A stretch of DNA of 64,000 nt from Candidatus Latescibacterota bacterium (GCA_963667175.2 CAXXXF010000006.1:480001-544000), one strand, 5' to 3'. Shown: positions 1 through 9,289, counted from the first letter of the stretch. The notes: generated by a model not told the origin, from the sequence alone. Program-made: numbers and translations.

Positions 1-529
1 CTCTCGAGTCCCCGCCCCGGATGACGTTGGCGTTGTTGAGCTGCACGCCCGGATTCAGCGTGACCAGGTCGGTGACCGACCGCGCCATCGGGAGCGCCTC
101 CAGTTGCTCGACGCCCATGACGTAATGACTGGTGGTCTTGTCGGGCTCCACGGGCGGACGTTCCGCCGTAACCACGAGTTCCTCGGCTTCCAGCGCCGTT
201 TCTTTCAACTGGAAGTCGACGGTCGTGGTGAAGTCCGCCTGTATCCGCACGTCCGTCTTGGTAACGGCGTTGTAGCCGACCATAGAGGCCACGAGCGTGA
301 GGTTGCCTGGGTCGACCGAAAGGAGCAGATAGTATCCGTCCGCATCCGACTGGGCGCCCCTGCGCGTGCCCTCGATCACGACGTTCACGCCAGGCAGCGG
401 TTCGCCGGACGCCGCGTCCATGACGCGCCCGGTCAGTTTCCCGGTCTGGCCCGCGAACACGCCGGCGGTGAGGCCGGCCAGCAGAAAGACCGCGACCGGC
501 AAAGCCACAAACAACTTCCATCGGTTCAT
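1..529 (-). CDS. TonB-dependent receptor, N-terminal part (signal peptide, CarboxypepD_reg-like domain, start of plug); runs off the window
   Basis: Not in the ORF track. Manual translation from the ATG at 529 gives MNRWKLFVALPVAVFLLAGLTAGVFAGQTGKLTGRVMDAASGEPLPGVNVVIEGT...GYN...EELVVTAERP, the typical TBDR N-terminus. RBS GGAGGAGG lies just upstream. Confidence 0.88.
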   Translation of the reverse strand, partial: MNRWKLFVALPVAVFLLAGLTAGVFAGQTGKLTGRVMDAASGEPLPGVNVVIEGTRRGAQSDADGYYLLLSVDPGNLTLVASMVGYNAVTKTDVRIQADFTTTVDFQLKETALEAEELVVTAERPPVEPDKTTSHYVMGVEQLEALPMARSVTDLVTLNPGVQLNNANVIRGGDSR

Positions 530-559
530 CTGAATACCTCCTCCGAAAAGACTCCGCGG

Positions 560-1258
560 TTATTTCCCGCTGAAGTAGAACTTAACCCCGGCGCCGAAGT
601 CCAGCATCTGCAGGGGGAAGGTTTCGGAAAGTTCCCAGTCTTCGAGGCCCCGAAGATCCCCGATCATAATGTTGTATCGTCCGCGGATGTCCACGGCCAC
701 GTTTTCGATCACGAACGCCTCAACGCCCAGCCCCGCGTTGATCCCCAGCGCGAACCGCTGATCGCTGAACGGTTCCAGTTCGAGGACCAGGTCTCCCGTC
801 TGCCCGGGCCACAGCAACCCGCTGACGTCGTTCCTGTACCGGTAGAATCCGCCGCCCACCGCGACGTACGGGGCGAAACTGCTGGCCGCAAACGGCTCGC
901 CGACCTGCCGCAGGCGGACGAGCGCGTTTACCAGCAGGCTGTTCAGGCTCATGTTGCTTGACGCGTTCGGGCTGGTATAGGCTTGACCGTCCGTCCAGGT
1001 GAACGTGCGCGTCAGCAGGCTCCCGTCCGTGAAATTCCCGTGGTGAAACTCCAGTTCCACGGTCACGTTCGACGCCGGCACGTACGCCGCGTTCAAACCG
1101 AACTTGGAATCGTTGTCGTACCACTCGCCCAGACCGAAGACCGGCACGTTGTAATTCGCGAACACGCCGACCCCCCAACTTCCTTCCTGGGCAACGGCAG
1201 GCCAGGTTGAAACCGCTAACACGAGAATCAACAGGCCAACAACCCTGAACACCTTCAT
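560..1258 (-). CDS. Outer-membrane beta-barrel protein (OmpA/OMP_b-brl-like)
   Basis: Start reassigned to MKVFRVVG (RBS AAGGAGG). Signal peptide ends AVA-Q. Alternating beta-strands include PYVAVGGG and GINAGLGVE, with C-terminal GVKFYF. Confidence 0.8.
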   Translation of the reverse strand: MKVFRVVGLLILVLAVSTWPAVAQEGSWGVGVFANYNVPVFGLGEWYDNDSKFGLNAAYVPASNVTVELEFHHGNFTDGSLLTRTFTWTDGQAYTSPNASSNMSLNSLLVNALVRLRQVGEPFAASSFAPYVAVGGGFYRYRNDVSGLLWPGQTGDLVLELEPFSDQRFALGINAGLGVEAFVIENVAVDIRGRYNIMIGDLRGLEDWELSETFPLQMLDFGAGVKFYFSGK

Positions 1259-1403
1259 ATACACCTCCTTCACTTTGGAAGATGACTTATCCCCACCACC
1301 CTGCCATTCCAGTCCGTCTGCAATCTGCTGCGAAACAACAATCTGCGAATTTACATCTGAAAAACACCCGCAGTCTGCTCGACGTTCCACCCCCTCTCGG
1401 ACA

Positions 1404-1446
1404 CAAAAAAAGGGCCCACCTGTCCGGAAACCGGCAGCGCCCCGTT
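1404..1446 (-). terminator. Intrinsic terminator-like hairpin inside the leader of the OMP/TBDR operon
   Basis: Minus strand reads GGGGCGCTGCCGG-TTT-CCGGACAGGTGGGCCC followed by a T run. Confidence 0.6.
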
Positions 1447-1571
1447 AACACACTCCTGCTTCAAGCGTATGGAATTTATGATAAACGACTACGCGGTAGC
1501 AATTTAGCATAAGCCAACCATTTGACGCGTAGAATCGCCGTTATTGAGCGTAACCGCAGGATAATCGACAG

Positions 1572-1600
1572 AAGATATACAACATTTTCCGAGTTGTCAA
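1572..1600 (-). promoter_or_regulatory. Sigma70-type promoter
   Basis: TTGACA (1600-1595), 17-nt spacer, TATCTT (1577-1572). Confidence 0.65.
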
Positions 1601-1625
1601 CCCTTTTTCTCCTGAACCCCAGGAA

Positions 1626-2016
1626 TTCAAAAAATCACAACTCACATGGATAGACAGGATGGGCAGGATGAAAACCAAAGGCACAACAAAGGCACGAGAA
1701 AAAAAAAAACATCATAAACTACGAAATACGCGAAAAGACGCGAAAAAACACAAAAAACCAACACCGGAAACTACGAAATACGTGAAATACACGAAAAAGG
1801 CTACAACCCTGAATCATACACAAAAATAGAACTTACACGGATGGACAAAATGAAAAAAAAGCGACAAAAGCATGAGAAAACAAGCATCAGAAACTACGAA
1901 ATACACGAAAAGGCGCGAAAAAACGAAATATCCATGACTGAATCCCAGTAATTCAAAAAACCAGAACTCGCATGGGTAAACAGGATGGACAGGATAAAGA
2001 CCAGGAGCAGGACAAA
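1626..2016. repeat. A-rich modular repeat array 1
   Basis: Unit AACTCACATGGATAGACAGGATGGGCAGGAT at 1639, with a variant at 1965. Unit AAACTACGAAATAC(G/A)CGAAA occurs about three times. The same units recur at 17.1-17.6 kb. Confidence 0.8.
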
Positions 2017-2142
2017 TGCTCACGATTCCGGGCGGAATCGATGGCTCCTTACCTCCGTGGGACGCGCAGCCTTCCGGATCGACGTTACACGCGCGTTGTG
2101 ACGCGAGACCCGAATCGGCAAGCCTGTACCGTCTATCGGCGC

Positions 2143-3012
2143 CTAGGACAGGGTCTCGAGCACCGTTTCGCCGACGTCTGCCGGGCTGTTACAAACCCGT
2201 ATGCCCGCGGAGTTCAGGGCCGCGACCTTTTCCCCGGCCGTGCCCTTTCCGCCTGAAATAATGGCGCCGGCGTGCCCCATGCGCCTGCCCGGAGGCGCGG
2301 TCTGACCCGCTATAAAGCCGACCACGGGCTTCGGGAAGGAGCGCTTCACGTATTCGGCAGCCTGTTCTTCGGCGCCGCCTCCGATCTCGCCGATCATCAC
2401 AACGCATTCGGTATCCGGATCCTTCGCGAAGGCGTCGAGACAATCGATAAAGCTGGTTCCCGTTACGGGGTCGCCCCCGATACCCACGCACGTGGTCTGG
2501 CCGAGACCCAGGGCGGTCAGCTGGGCGACCGCCTCGTAGGTCAGGGTTCCGCTGCGTGAAATGACACCCACGTTCCCCTTCCGGTGAATCTCGGCCGGCA
2601 TGATCCCGATCTTGCATTTGCCGGGAGAGATGACCCCCGGACAGTTCGGACCGATCAGCCGGGTGGCGCGCGAACCGAGAAAGTGTTTGACCTTCACCAT
2701 GTCCAGCACGGGGATGCCTTCGCTTATACACACAACCAGGCTCAGACCGGCATCCGCGGCTTCCATGACGGCGTCCGCCGAAAAGGCCGCCGGCACAAAC
2801 ACGATCGATGCGTCGGCGCCGGTGGCGTCGACGGCGTCCGATACGGTGTTGAAGACCGGTACGCCCTCGACGCGGTGGCCGGCCTTGCCCGGCGTGACCC
2901 CGGCGACGATCCGCGTGCCGTAGTCCAGCATCTGGCGGGTGTGGAACGAGCCTTCGCTGCCGGTGATCGCCTGAACAACGACCCGAGTATTGTTATCAAT
3001 GAAAATGCTCAT
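2143..3012 (-). CDS. sucD: Succinyl-CoA synthetase alpha subunit
   Basis: Motifs [27 protein letters not shown] and the phospho-His motif RMGHAGA. Confidence 0.98.
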   Translation of the reverse strand: MSIFIDNNTRVVVQAITGSEGSFHTRQMLDYGTRIVAGVTPGKAGHRVEGVPVFNTVSDAVDATGADASIVFVPAAFSADAVMEAADAGLSLVVCISEGIPVLDMVKVKHFLGSRATRLIGPNCPGVISPGKCKIGIMPAEIHRKGNVGVISRSGTLTYEAVAQLTALGLGQTTCVGIGGDPVTGTSFIDCLDAFAKDPDTECVVMIGEIGGGAEEQAAEYVKRSFPKPVVGFIAGQTAPPGRRMGHAGAIISGGKGTAGEKVAALNSAGIRVCNSPADVGETVLETLS

Positions 3013-3026
3013 TAAGAAACCCTTTA

Positions 3027-3130
3027 ATTACCAGGAGCAGCAAATAGTGGTCAGTGGTCAGGAAGAGCAGTTGTCAGCTTCCATTGATTCTCAGGAGCGG
3101 CAAATCGTCGACATCCAGGCCTCACCAGAG
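3027..3130. repeat. Dispersed CAGTGG/CAGC heptamer-based repeat element, copy 1 (uninterrupted)
   Basis: ATTACCAGGAGCAGCAAATAGTGGTCAGTGGTCAGGAAGAGCAGTTGTCAGCTTCCATTGATTCTCAGG... matches 9369-9420 joined to 10182-10205, and also 4250-4330. Confidence 0.8.
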
Positions 3131-3335
3131 AAGAGTGGGAGAATGTAAACGATACGGCGCTCCCCGTAACAAAACCCTTTCCGTCGTGCTTCCTCAAAAG
3201 TAGACGTAAGACGGGAGAGATTGCTCGCAGTATGCTGATGCTGCGCCGCTACGTGGGCGATTCGCGAATCGCCCCTGCAAGTGCCACGTCGGCGAGGCTT
3301 TCGTTCTTCGGTTCGGCCTTTCGGTTTCTGCTTCA

Positions 3336-3367
3336 AGCTGACGGCTGTTGGCTGAACGCTGACAGCT
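3336..3367. repeat. GCTGA heptamer-like tandem repeat, inverted relative to 4111-4141
   Basis: AGCTGACGGCTGTTGGCTGAACGCTGACAGCT. Confidence 0.5.
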
Positions 3368-3377
3368 ATTCCGGCAG

Positions 3378-4064
3378 TTACTGTCCCCCGGGTTTGACGC
3401 GTTCTTCGACGGCGCCGTCGGCCGTTCCGATAACGACGTGGTGGGCCAGGCCGACAAAGAGGCCGGACTCAACGACGCCGCAGATCGCCGCGATTCGCCG
3501 TTCGAGGTCGGCGGGATCGTTGATGACGCCGAAAGCGCAGTCCAGGACGTGGTTCCCGTTGTCCGTAACAAAAGCCCGGTTTTCCCGAACACGGAGACTG
3601 GCGCGGCACCCCAGGGCCTCGACCTGCAACCGTACGAACTGCCAGCCGAAGGGCACGACTTCGACGGGCAGAGGGAATTCGCCGAGCCGATTCTTGAGTT
3701 TGGATTCATCGGCAACGATGACTTCCCGGCGGCTGGCCGTGGCCACGAGTTTCTCGCGCAGCAGCGCGCCGCCTCCGCCCTTGATCAGATTGAAGGCGGG
3801 ATCGATCTCGTCGGCGCCGTCGATGGTCAGATCGATCCGGGCGGCCCGGGCGAAATCCGTAAGCGGGATCCCCTCGCGTTCCGCCTGACGCCGGGACTGT
3901 TCCGACGTGGGAATACCGTGAATCCGAAGGCCTTCCCGAACCCGCTCGCCCAGTCTTCGAATCGCAAAGTGCGCGGTGGATCCGGTCCCCAGACCGACGA
4001 TCATCCCGTCGTCCGCCAGGTCTGCGGCCCGTTCGCCTGCAAGCTGTTTCGGGTTGGCGGCCAC
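3378..4064 (-). CDS. rpiA: Ribose-5-phosphate isomerase A
   Basis: Motifs GLGTGST, DGADE, KGGGGALLREK, PVEV, TDNGN and GVVESGLF. GTG start chosen at 4064. Confidence 0.97.
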   Translation of the reverse strand: MAANPKQLAGERAADLADDGMIVGLGTGSTAHFAIRRLGERVREGLRIHGIPTSEQSRRQAEREGIPLTDFARAARIDLTIDGADEIDPAFNLIKGGGGALLREKLVATASRREVIVADESKLKNRLGEFPLPVEVVPFGWQFVRLQVEALGCRASLRVRENRAFVTDNGNHVLDCAFGVINDPADLERRIAAICGVVESGLFVGLAHHVVIGTADGAVEERVKPGGQ

Positions 4065-4067
4065 GTT

Positions 4068-4330
4068 ATTACCAGTGGTCAGTGGGCAGTGGCAAGTGGT
4101 CAGCAAAAGCAGCGATCAGCATTCGGCGGTCAGCATTCAGCTTGAGTCAAAAGCAACCCATTGACGTCAACGCGGGGGCGTTTCGAGGGCAGGTGCCCTC
4201 GGTCCGGAATAAGGGGAAACCAGTGGTCAGAAAAGGCAGTGGCAAGTGGGCAGTGGACAGGAAGAGCAGTCGTGAGTTTCCATGTATTCTCAGGATCGGC
4301 GAATGGTCGACATCCAGGCTTCACCACGAA
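4068..4330. repeat. Heptamer repeat element copies 2/3
   Basis: ATTACCAGTGGTCAGTGGGCAGTGGCAAGTGGTCAG and AGCGATCAGCATTCGGCGGTCAGCATTCAGC. GGAAGAGCAGTCGTGAGTTTCCATGTATTCTCAGGATCGGCGAATGGTCGACATCCAGGC resembles 3061-3120. Confidence 0.7.
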
Positions 4331-4559
4331 TGAGTGGGTGGATGCAAACGACAAGGTGCTCCCATTTGCGGGAAATTTATCGATCCGCGAACCGAATCGC
4401 AATGACAATTAAGGGTGATAACACACCCGATCCGGCGTTCGTTCCCGGTCTGAGAAACGAAATCAATTGACATTCATGTCCGTATATATCATATATATTG
4501 CCAAGGCCGTTTGCGGTCGGCCGCACCAGTTCAGTCGAGCAACTGACACGGGAGGACAC

Positions 4560-5405
4560 GTGGCGTACACCACACTTGAAGATTTTTTCGGAGACATCGT
4601 CGGAAAGGCCAGACGCGGGCGGGGTCTGTCGGAAGCGGCGCTTGCGAGCGCGGCGGGACTGACCGCCGCGGACGTCGTCCGGATCGAAGCCTACGAACTC
4701 ACGCCCGACGACGCCGGGATCCGGACGCTGGCGGGCGCGCTGGATCTGGACGCCGGAAAGCTCGTCTCGATTGCGAGGGGATGGACGCCGGCGCGCGGAA
4801 ACGCGTCGCACGACGACGCGCGGCTGTCCGTCGAGCGGACGATTCTTGACGTGGGCATGGAAGTGAACGCATACACGTTGAAATGCAAGGCTTCGGGAGA
4901 AGGCGCGATCGTGGACGCGGGCGGGCAGGCCGGGCGGATTCTTGCGCAGGTGGAACGGATGAATCTGAACGTGACCCACGTGCTGCTGACGCACGGGCAT
5001 AGCGACCACGTGGGCGCGCTTGCTGAAATCGTCGGCGCAACCGCCGCCAGGGTGTATTGCTGCGAACGGGACTTCGGACTTCTGGGAAGTTTTAAGGAAT
5101 TCGTGACCGACCTGGTGGACGACGGCTGGCGTACGAACGTGGGGCGTATCGCGATCGACGCGGTCAGCCTTCCCGGGCACACCGCGGGCGGAATCGGGTA
5201 CGGCGCGGACGGGATATTCTTCTCGGGAGACGCGCTGTTCGCCGGATCCATGGGCGGCGCGCCGGGTCCGGCCTACGCCGGTCAGATCGCGGCGGTGACG
5301 GAAAAGGTCCTGTCAAGGGACGGGAATACCCGCGTATTTCCGGGGCATGGGCCCATCACGTCGGTCGCCGAGGAACGGGCGCACAATCCGTTTTTTTCGT
5401 GCTGA
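4560..5405 (+). CDS. MBL-fold metallo-hydrolase with N-terminal XRE-like HTH
   Basis: THGHSDH, PGHT, GDALF and PGHG motifs. N-terminus ARRGRGLSEAALASAAGL is HTH-like. GTG start after GGAGG. Confidence 0.88.
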   Translation: MAYTTLEDFFGDIVGKARRGRGLSEAALASAAGLTAADVVRIEAYELTPDDAGIRTLAGALDLDAGKLVSIARGWTPARGNASHDDARLSVERTILDVGMEVNAYTLKCKASGEGAIVDAGGQAGRILAQVERMNLNVTHVLLTHGHSDHVGALAEIVGATAARVYCCERDFGLLGSFKEFVTDLVDDGWRTNVGRIAIDAVSLPGHTAGGIGYGADGIFFSGDALFAGSMGGAPGPAYAGQIAAVTEKVLSRDGNTRVFPGHGPITSVAEERAHNPFFSC

Positions 5406-5459
5406 GCCGCTGTTGAAGCCCTTATGTGACGACGTCTTTGGAGACTAAGGAGCCTGGAT

Positions 5460-8400
5460 ATGTCCCGGTGGCCCCTTCTATTAGGAATCATCCTGTTCTC
5501 GTGCGGGATCGCGAGCGGCCAGGAGTATTTCGGCAAGAACAAGGTGACGTATGACGATTACGACTGGCATTTTCTGGAGACGGAGCATTTCAAGATTTAT
5601 TTCGACAAGGCGTCGCAGCCTGCGGCGGAGTTTGCGGCGAAGGAGGCGGAGCGCGCGCTGGTGCGTCTGGAGAAGGATCTGAAGTATACGTTGAAGGACC
5701 GGTATCCGATTGTGATCTACAATTCTCACAACGGGTTTTCGGTGACGAACATCACGCCGACGGAGCAGTCGGAGTTCACGGGCGGGTTTACGGAGTTTGC
5801 GCAGGGTCGCGTGGTGATCCCGTATACGGGATCGTATAGCGATTTCCGTCACGTGATCCACCACGAGCTGGCGCACGTGGTGACGCTGGAGATGTGGACG
5901 GGCGGCGGGTGGCTGGGCGCCATGATGACGCAGACGGCTTCGTTGCCGCCGTTGTGGATTGCGGAGGGAGTGGCGGAGTATCTGTCTCAGGGGGGATGGG
6001 ATCGCGAGGCCGACAATTTCATGCGACACGCGACGATCACGGGGTACGTGCCGGGGATGACGTCGTTGAGCGGCGCGTTTGCGTATAAGGGGGGTCAGTC
6101 CGTCTTCGTGATGATCGAGGAGGAGTATGGCAGGGACAAGGTGGCGGAGTTCATCTCGTCGTTCCGTTCGGCGCGATCCGTGGACAAGGCGTTGAAGGCG
6201 TCGGTGGGCGAGGGCGTGGAGGAGCTGGACGAGAAGTGGCAGTTGTGGTTGAAGCGTCAGTATTGGAACGAGATCAACCTGCACCATCCGTCGGAGGAGG
6301 TGGCGAAGCAGTTGACGGAGGCGGGGGCGGGTCGCGGTTTTTACAATATCGCGCCGTCGTTTTCCCCGCAGGGGGACAAGATCGCGTACGTGACGGAGCG
6401 CGAGGGTACGTTCGACATCTATCTGATGTCGGCGATCGACGGTCAGGATCTGGGTCGGTTGGTGGAGGGGGAGCGATCGTCGGATTTCGAGGGGTTGTTC
6501 GTGCTGCGTCCGGGGATCACGTGGTCGCCGGACGGGAAGCAGATCGGGTTTGCGGCGAAGTCGCGCAACAAGAACACGCTGTATACGCTGGACGTGAGGA
6601 AGAAGCGGGTGACGAAGCGTTTCAAGTTCGATCTGGACGGGTTGTTCGAGCCGACGTGGTCGCCGGACGGGAAGGAGATCGCGATCGTGGGGTTGAAGGA
6701 CGGGTGGTCGGACGTGTACGTGGTGAACGTGGCGGACGAGTCTTTGCGTCGGATGACGCGGGACCCGTATGACGAGAAGCACCTGGACTGGTCGCCGGAC
6801 GGGGAATGGATTGCGATCAGTTCGGACCGTCCAGCCGCGGAACTGGAGTACGACGGATCGAAGGACTTCACGTTCGGTGTGTATGACGTGTTCGTGCTGA
6901 AGGCCGACGGCAGCGAGATCCGCCGCGTGGTGGAAAGCGAGGTGAACGACAGCCATCCCACGTGGGGGCCGGACTCACAGAGTCTGGCATTCGTGTCGGA
7001 TCGTACGGGGGTTGGCAACGTCTACATCGCGCACGTGGACGGGTCGCAGCTGTATCCGATCAGCAATCTGCTGTCCGGCGCGCGGTATATCGACTGGAGC
7101 GCCGACGGCAAGAAGCTGGCGTTCACGACGTTTCACCGCGGGGGCTATGACATCTTCGTGATGAAGGACCCGCTGCAGAAGAAGCGCGGGATGGAGGACC
7201 TGCCCCTGACGCGTTACGCGAAGCGGCTGGCGGGCATCGAGGACAGGCCGTTCGTGGAGTTGCAGAAGGAACGCAGGCAGGAAGCCGCGGACGGCGGCGA
7301 GGAACCTGACGGCGCGGGCGCGGCAGCAGACGCGGACACGACGGTGGCGGCGGCGGACAGAAAGGTGGAGACGTGGATGTCGGACCAGATGGCGCTGGCG
7401 GCCGCCGAAGCGCGCGGTGACGACGACGAGGAGGCGTCGCAGCCCGACACGCTGGAGACCGACGGCGACAGGGAGCTGACGCTGAGAGACTGGAACAAGG
7501 CGTTCACGATCAACAAATACCGGGTGAAACTCAAACCCGAATTCTTCGGGGCCAACGCGGGCTTCGACACCTTCTACGGCGTCAGCAGCCTGCTCCAATT
7601 GTCGCTGACCGACGTGATGGGCGACCACCGCGTCGTCGTACAGACCGGGCTGAGCTTCTCACTGAAAGACAGCGACCTCTTCCTCGGATACCAGAACCTC
7701 AAGAACCAGACCAACTACTACCTCAGCGCCATCCACACGCGGCTGTTCTTCTTCGACAGCGGTCAATTGAACGCCGATCGCTATTTCGGCGTCGAAGCAA
7801 GCCTGGTCCGGCCGTTCAGCCGATTCAGCAGGATGGAACTGGGCACACGCGGAATCAGAATTTCCCGTGAACGCCTGGAACGGGAACGATACGACAATCG
7901 CTGGGTACGACGCGGCTTCACCGGCAGCAGCCTGCGCGGGCTTTCGGGCACCGAGGTCGATTCCCGGGGCGCGGTGGTTTCCTACCTGGCCCTGGTCGAC
8001 GACAACTCGCTGATGGGCGGTTTCGGCCCCGTGGACGGACATCGGATGCGCTTTGGCGTTGAGGGAAGCTGGGCGGGAATGCGTTTTGCTGCGTTGAACG
8101 CGGATCTGCGGCAGTATCTGTTCACGCTTGGCGAATACACCTTCGCCATGCGTCTGTCCGGAGGCACAAGCTTCGGCCCGAACAAGAGGATCTATTTCGT
8201 GGGGGGCGTCAACAACCCCGTGAACCCCAATTTTTCCACGTTTGCCAACGTGGACCAGGACCGGATTTTCTTTTCCAGTTTCGTCTGGCCGCTTCGGGGC
8301 GTGGAGTTGTTCGAACTGGCGGGAGACTCGTACGTGCTGGCCAATGCGGCGTTCCGTTTCCCGCTCATCCGGGAACTGGCCATGGGCTGGCCCCTGCCGC

Positions 8401-8705
8401 TCTTCTTCCAGAACGTTCAGGGTGAGTTGTTCCTGGACGTCGGCGGCGCCTTCGAACGAGCCAGATGGAGAGACGGCTGGATCGCGCGCGACGGCGGCTT
8501 CGAACTCAACGTGCCGCAGCACTTCCGCGACGGACGGTCCAAACACGGTTTCGAGAAACCGCAGATGGCCGCGGGCTACGGATTCGGCGTGCGGGTGAAC
8601 CTGGGCTATTTCCTCTTCAGGTACGATCTGGCGTGGCCCACCGATTTTGCGCAGACCTACCATCCTCACCAGTATTTCTCAATCGACGTGACAGGACACT
8701 TTTAG
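5460..8705 (+). CDS. Secreted peptidase MA (gluzincin) + PD40/TolB propeller + Omp85/BamA-like barrel fusion
   Basis: Signal peptide, then HELAH...WIAEGVAEY, repeated WSPDG motifs, PLRG (Omp85 VRGY-like), FLDVG and GYGFGVR...FRYDLAW. Confidence 0.85.
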   Translation: MSRWPLLLGIILFSCGIASGQEYFGKNKVTYDDYDWHFLETEHFKIYFDKASQPAAEFAAKEAERALVRLEKDLKYTLKDRYPIVIYNSHNGFSVTNITPTEQSEFTGGFTEFAQGRVVIPYTGSYSDFRHVIHHELAHVVTLEMWTGGGWLGAMMTQTASLPPLWIAEGVAEYLSQGGWDREADNFMRHATITGYVPGMTSLSGAFAYKGGQSVFVMIEEEYGRDKVAEFISSFRSARSVDKALKASVGEGVEELDEKWQLWLKRQYWNEINLHHPSEEVAKQLTEAGAGRGFYNIAPSFSPQGDKIAYVTEREGTFDIYLMSAIDGQDLGRLVEGERSSDFEGLFVLRPGITWSPDGKQIGFAAKSRNKNTLYTLDVRKKRVTKRFKFDLDGLFEPTWSPDGKEIAIVGLKDGWSDVYVVNVADESLRRMTRDPYDEKHLDWSPDGEWIAISSDRPAAELEYDGSKDFTFGVYDVFVLKADGSEIRRVVESEVNDSHPTWGPDSQSLAFVSDRTGVGNVYIAHVDGSQLYPISNLLSGARYIDWSADGKKLAFTTFHRGGYDIFVMKDPLQKKRGMEDLPLTRYAKRLAGIEDRPFVELQKERRQEAADGGEEPDGAGAAADADTTVAAADRKVETWMSDQMALAAAEARGDDDEEASQPDTLETDGDRELTLRDWNKAFTINKYRVKLKPEFFGANAGFDTFYGVSSLLQLSLTDVMGDHRVVVQTGLSFSLKDSDLFLGYQNLKNQTNYYLSAIHTRLFFFDSGQLNADRYFGVEASLVRPFSRFSRMELGTRGIRISRERLERERYDNRWVRRGFTGSSLRGLSGTEVDSRGAVVSYLALVDDNSLMGGFGPVDGHRMRFGVEGSWAGMRFAALNADLRQYLFTLGEYTFAMRLSGGTSFGPNKRIYFVGGVNNPVNPNFSTFANVDQDRIFFSSFVWPLRGVELFELAGDSYVLANAAFRFPLIRELAMGWPLPLFFQNVQGELFLDVGGAFERARWRDGWIARDGGFELNVPQHFRDGRSKHGFEKPQMAAGYGFGVRVNLGYFLFRYDLAWPTDFAQTYHPHQYFSIDVTGHF

Positions 8706-8811
8706 ATCCGGCAGAACGTCCGGAGACAGGGACCGCCTTGTCATCCCGCTGAAGACCGTGCGGGATCGATTCGCGGCGCGTCCGAACTGAGCGTTTCGGG
8801 GGAAGTGCATA

Positions 8812-9120
8812 ATGGCGGCGAAGGTCCACTATCGGGAAGGATTGAAACTGATTTCAGCCGGCGACCTGTCCGGGGCTTTCGAGATGTTTCACAAGTCGCT
8901 TGAGGAAGACCCGGAATTCTACCTTGGGCACCTGGGTCTGGCGCAGGTACTGGACCGGCAGGGCAAGGTCGACGATGCCGTTCTGCACGCGCGGGAAGCG
9001 ATCCGTATCGCTCCGGACGAACCGCTTGCCCATACGAGCCTTTCGAGGCTGTACCAGCAACAGGGCCTGATCGACGAGGCGGAGGCGGCGATGGAGACGT
9101 CCCGGCGGCTGCAGTCCTGA
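8812..9120 (+). CDS. Small TPR protein
   Basis: Two to three TPR helix pairs (HLGLAQVL...GKVDDA; HTSLSRLYQQQG). Confidence 0.8.
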   Translation: MAAKVHYREGLKLISAGDLSGAFEMFHKSLEEDPEFYLGHLGLAQVLDRQGKVDDAVLHAREAIRIAPDEPLAHTSLSRLYQQQGLIDEAEAAMETSRRLQS

Positions 9121-9246
9121 TCAGGGCGGGATCCGGGCGACTCAATGCCTGCCTGCCGCGGCGCACGCGGCCTGTCTGCCGTTCCAACGGGACAGGCAGG
9201 CCCAGGCAGGGCCGAATTCAGACGACGTATTTCCGGTACGAAACAC

Positions 9247-9289
9247 AAGCCGGCGCGGGCACATGGTCCGCGTCGGCTTTTTTATTTTT
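9247..9289 (+). terminator. Rho-independent terminator
   Basis: AAGCCGGCGCGG-loop-CCGCGTCGGCTT followed by TTTTATTTTT. Confidence 0.75.

Noticed and set aside
9145-9212. Nested CCTGCCTG/CAGGCAGG hairpin as an ncRNA
   Set aside because: Single copy in a 3' UTR before a terminator, with no promoter; not enough support.
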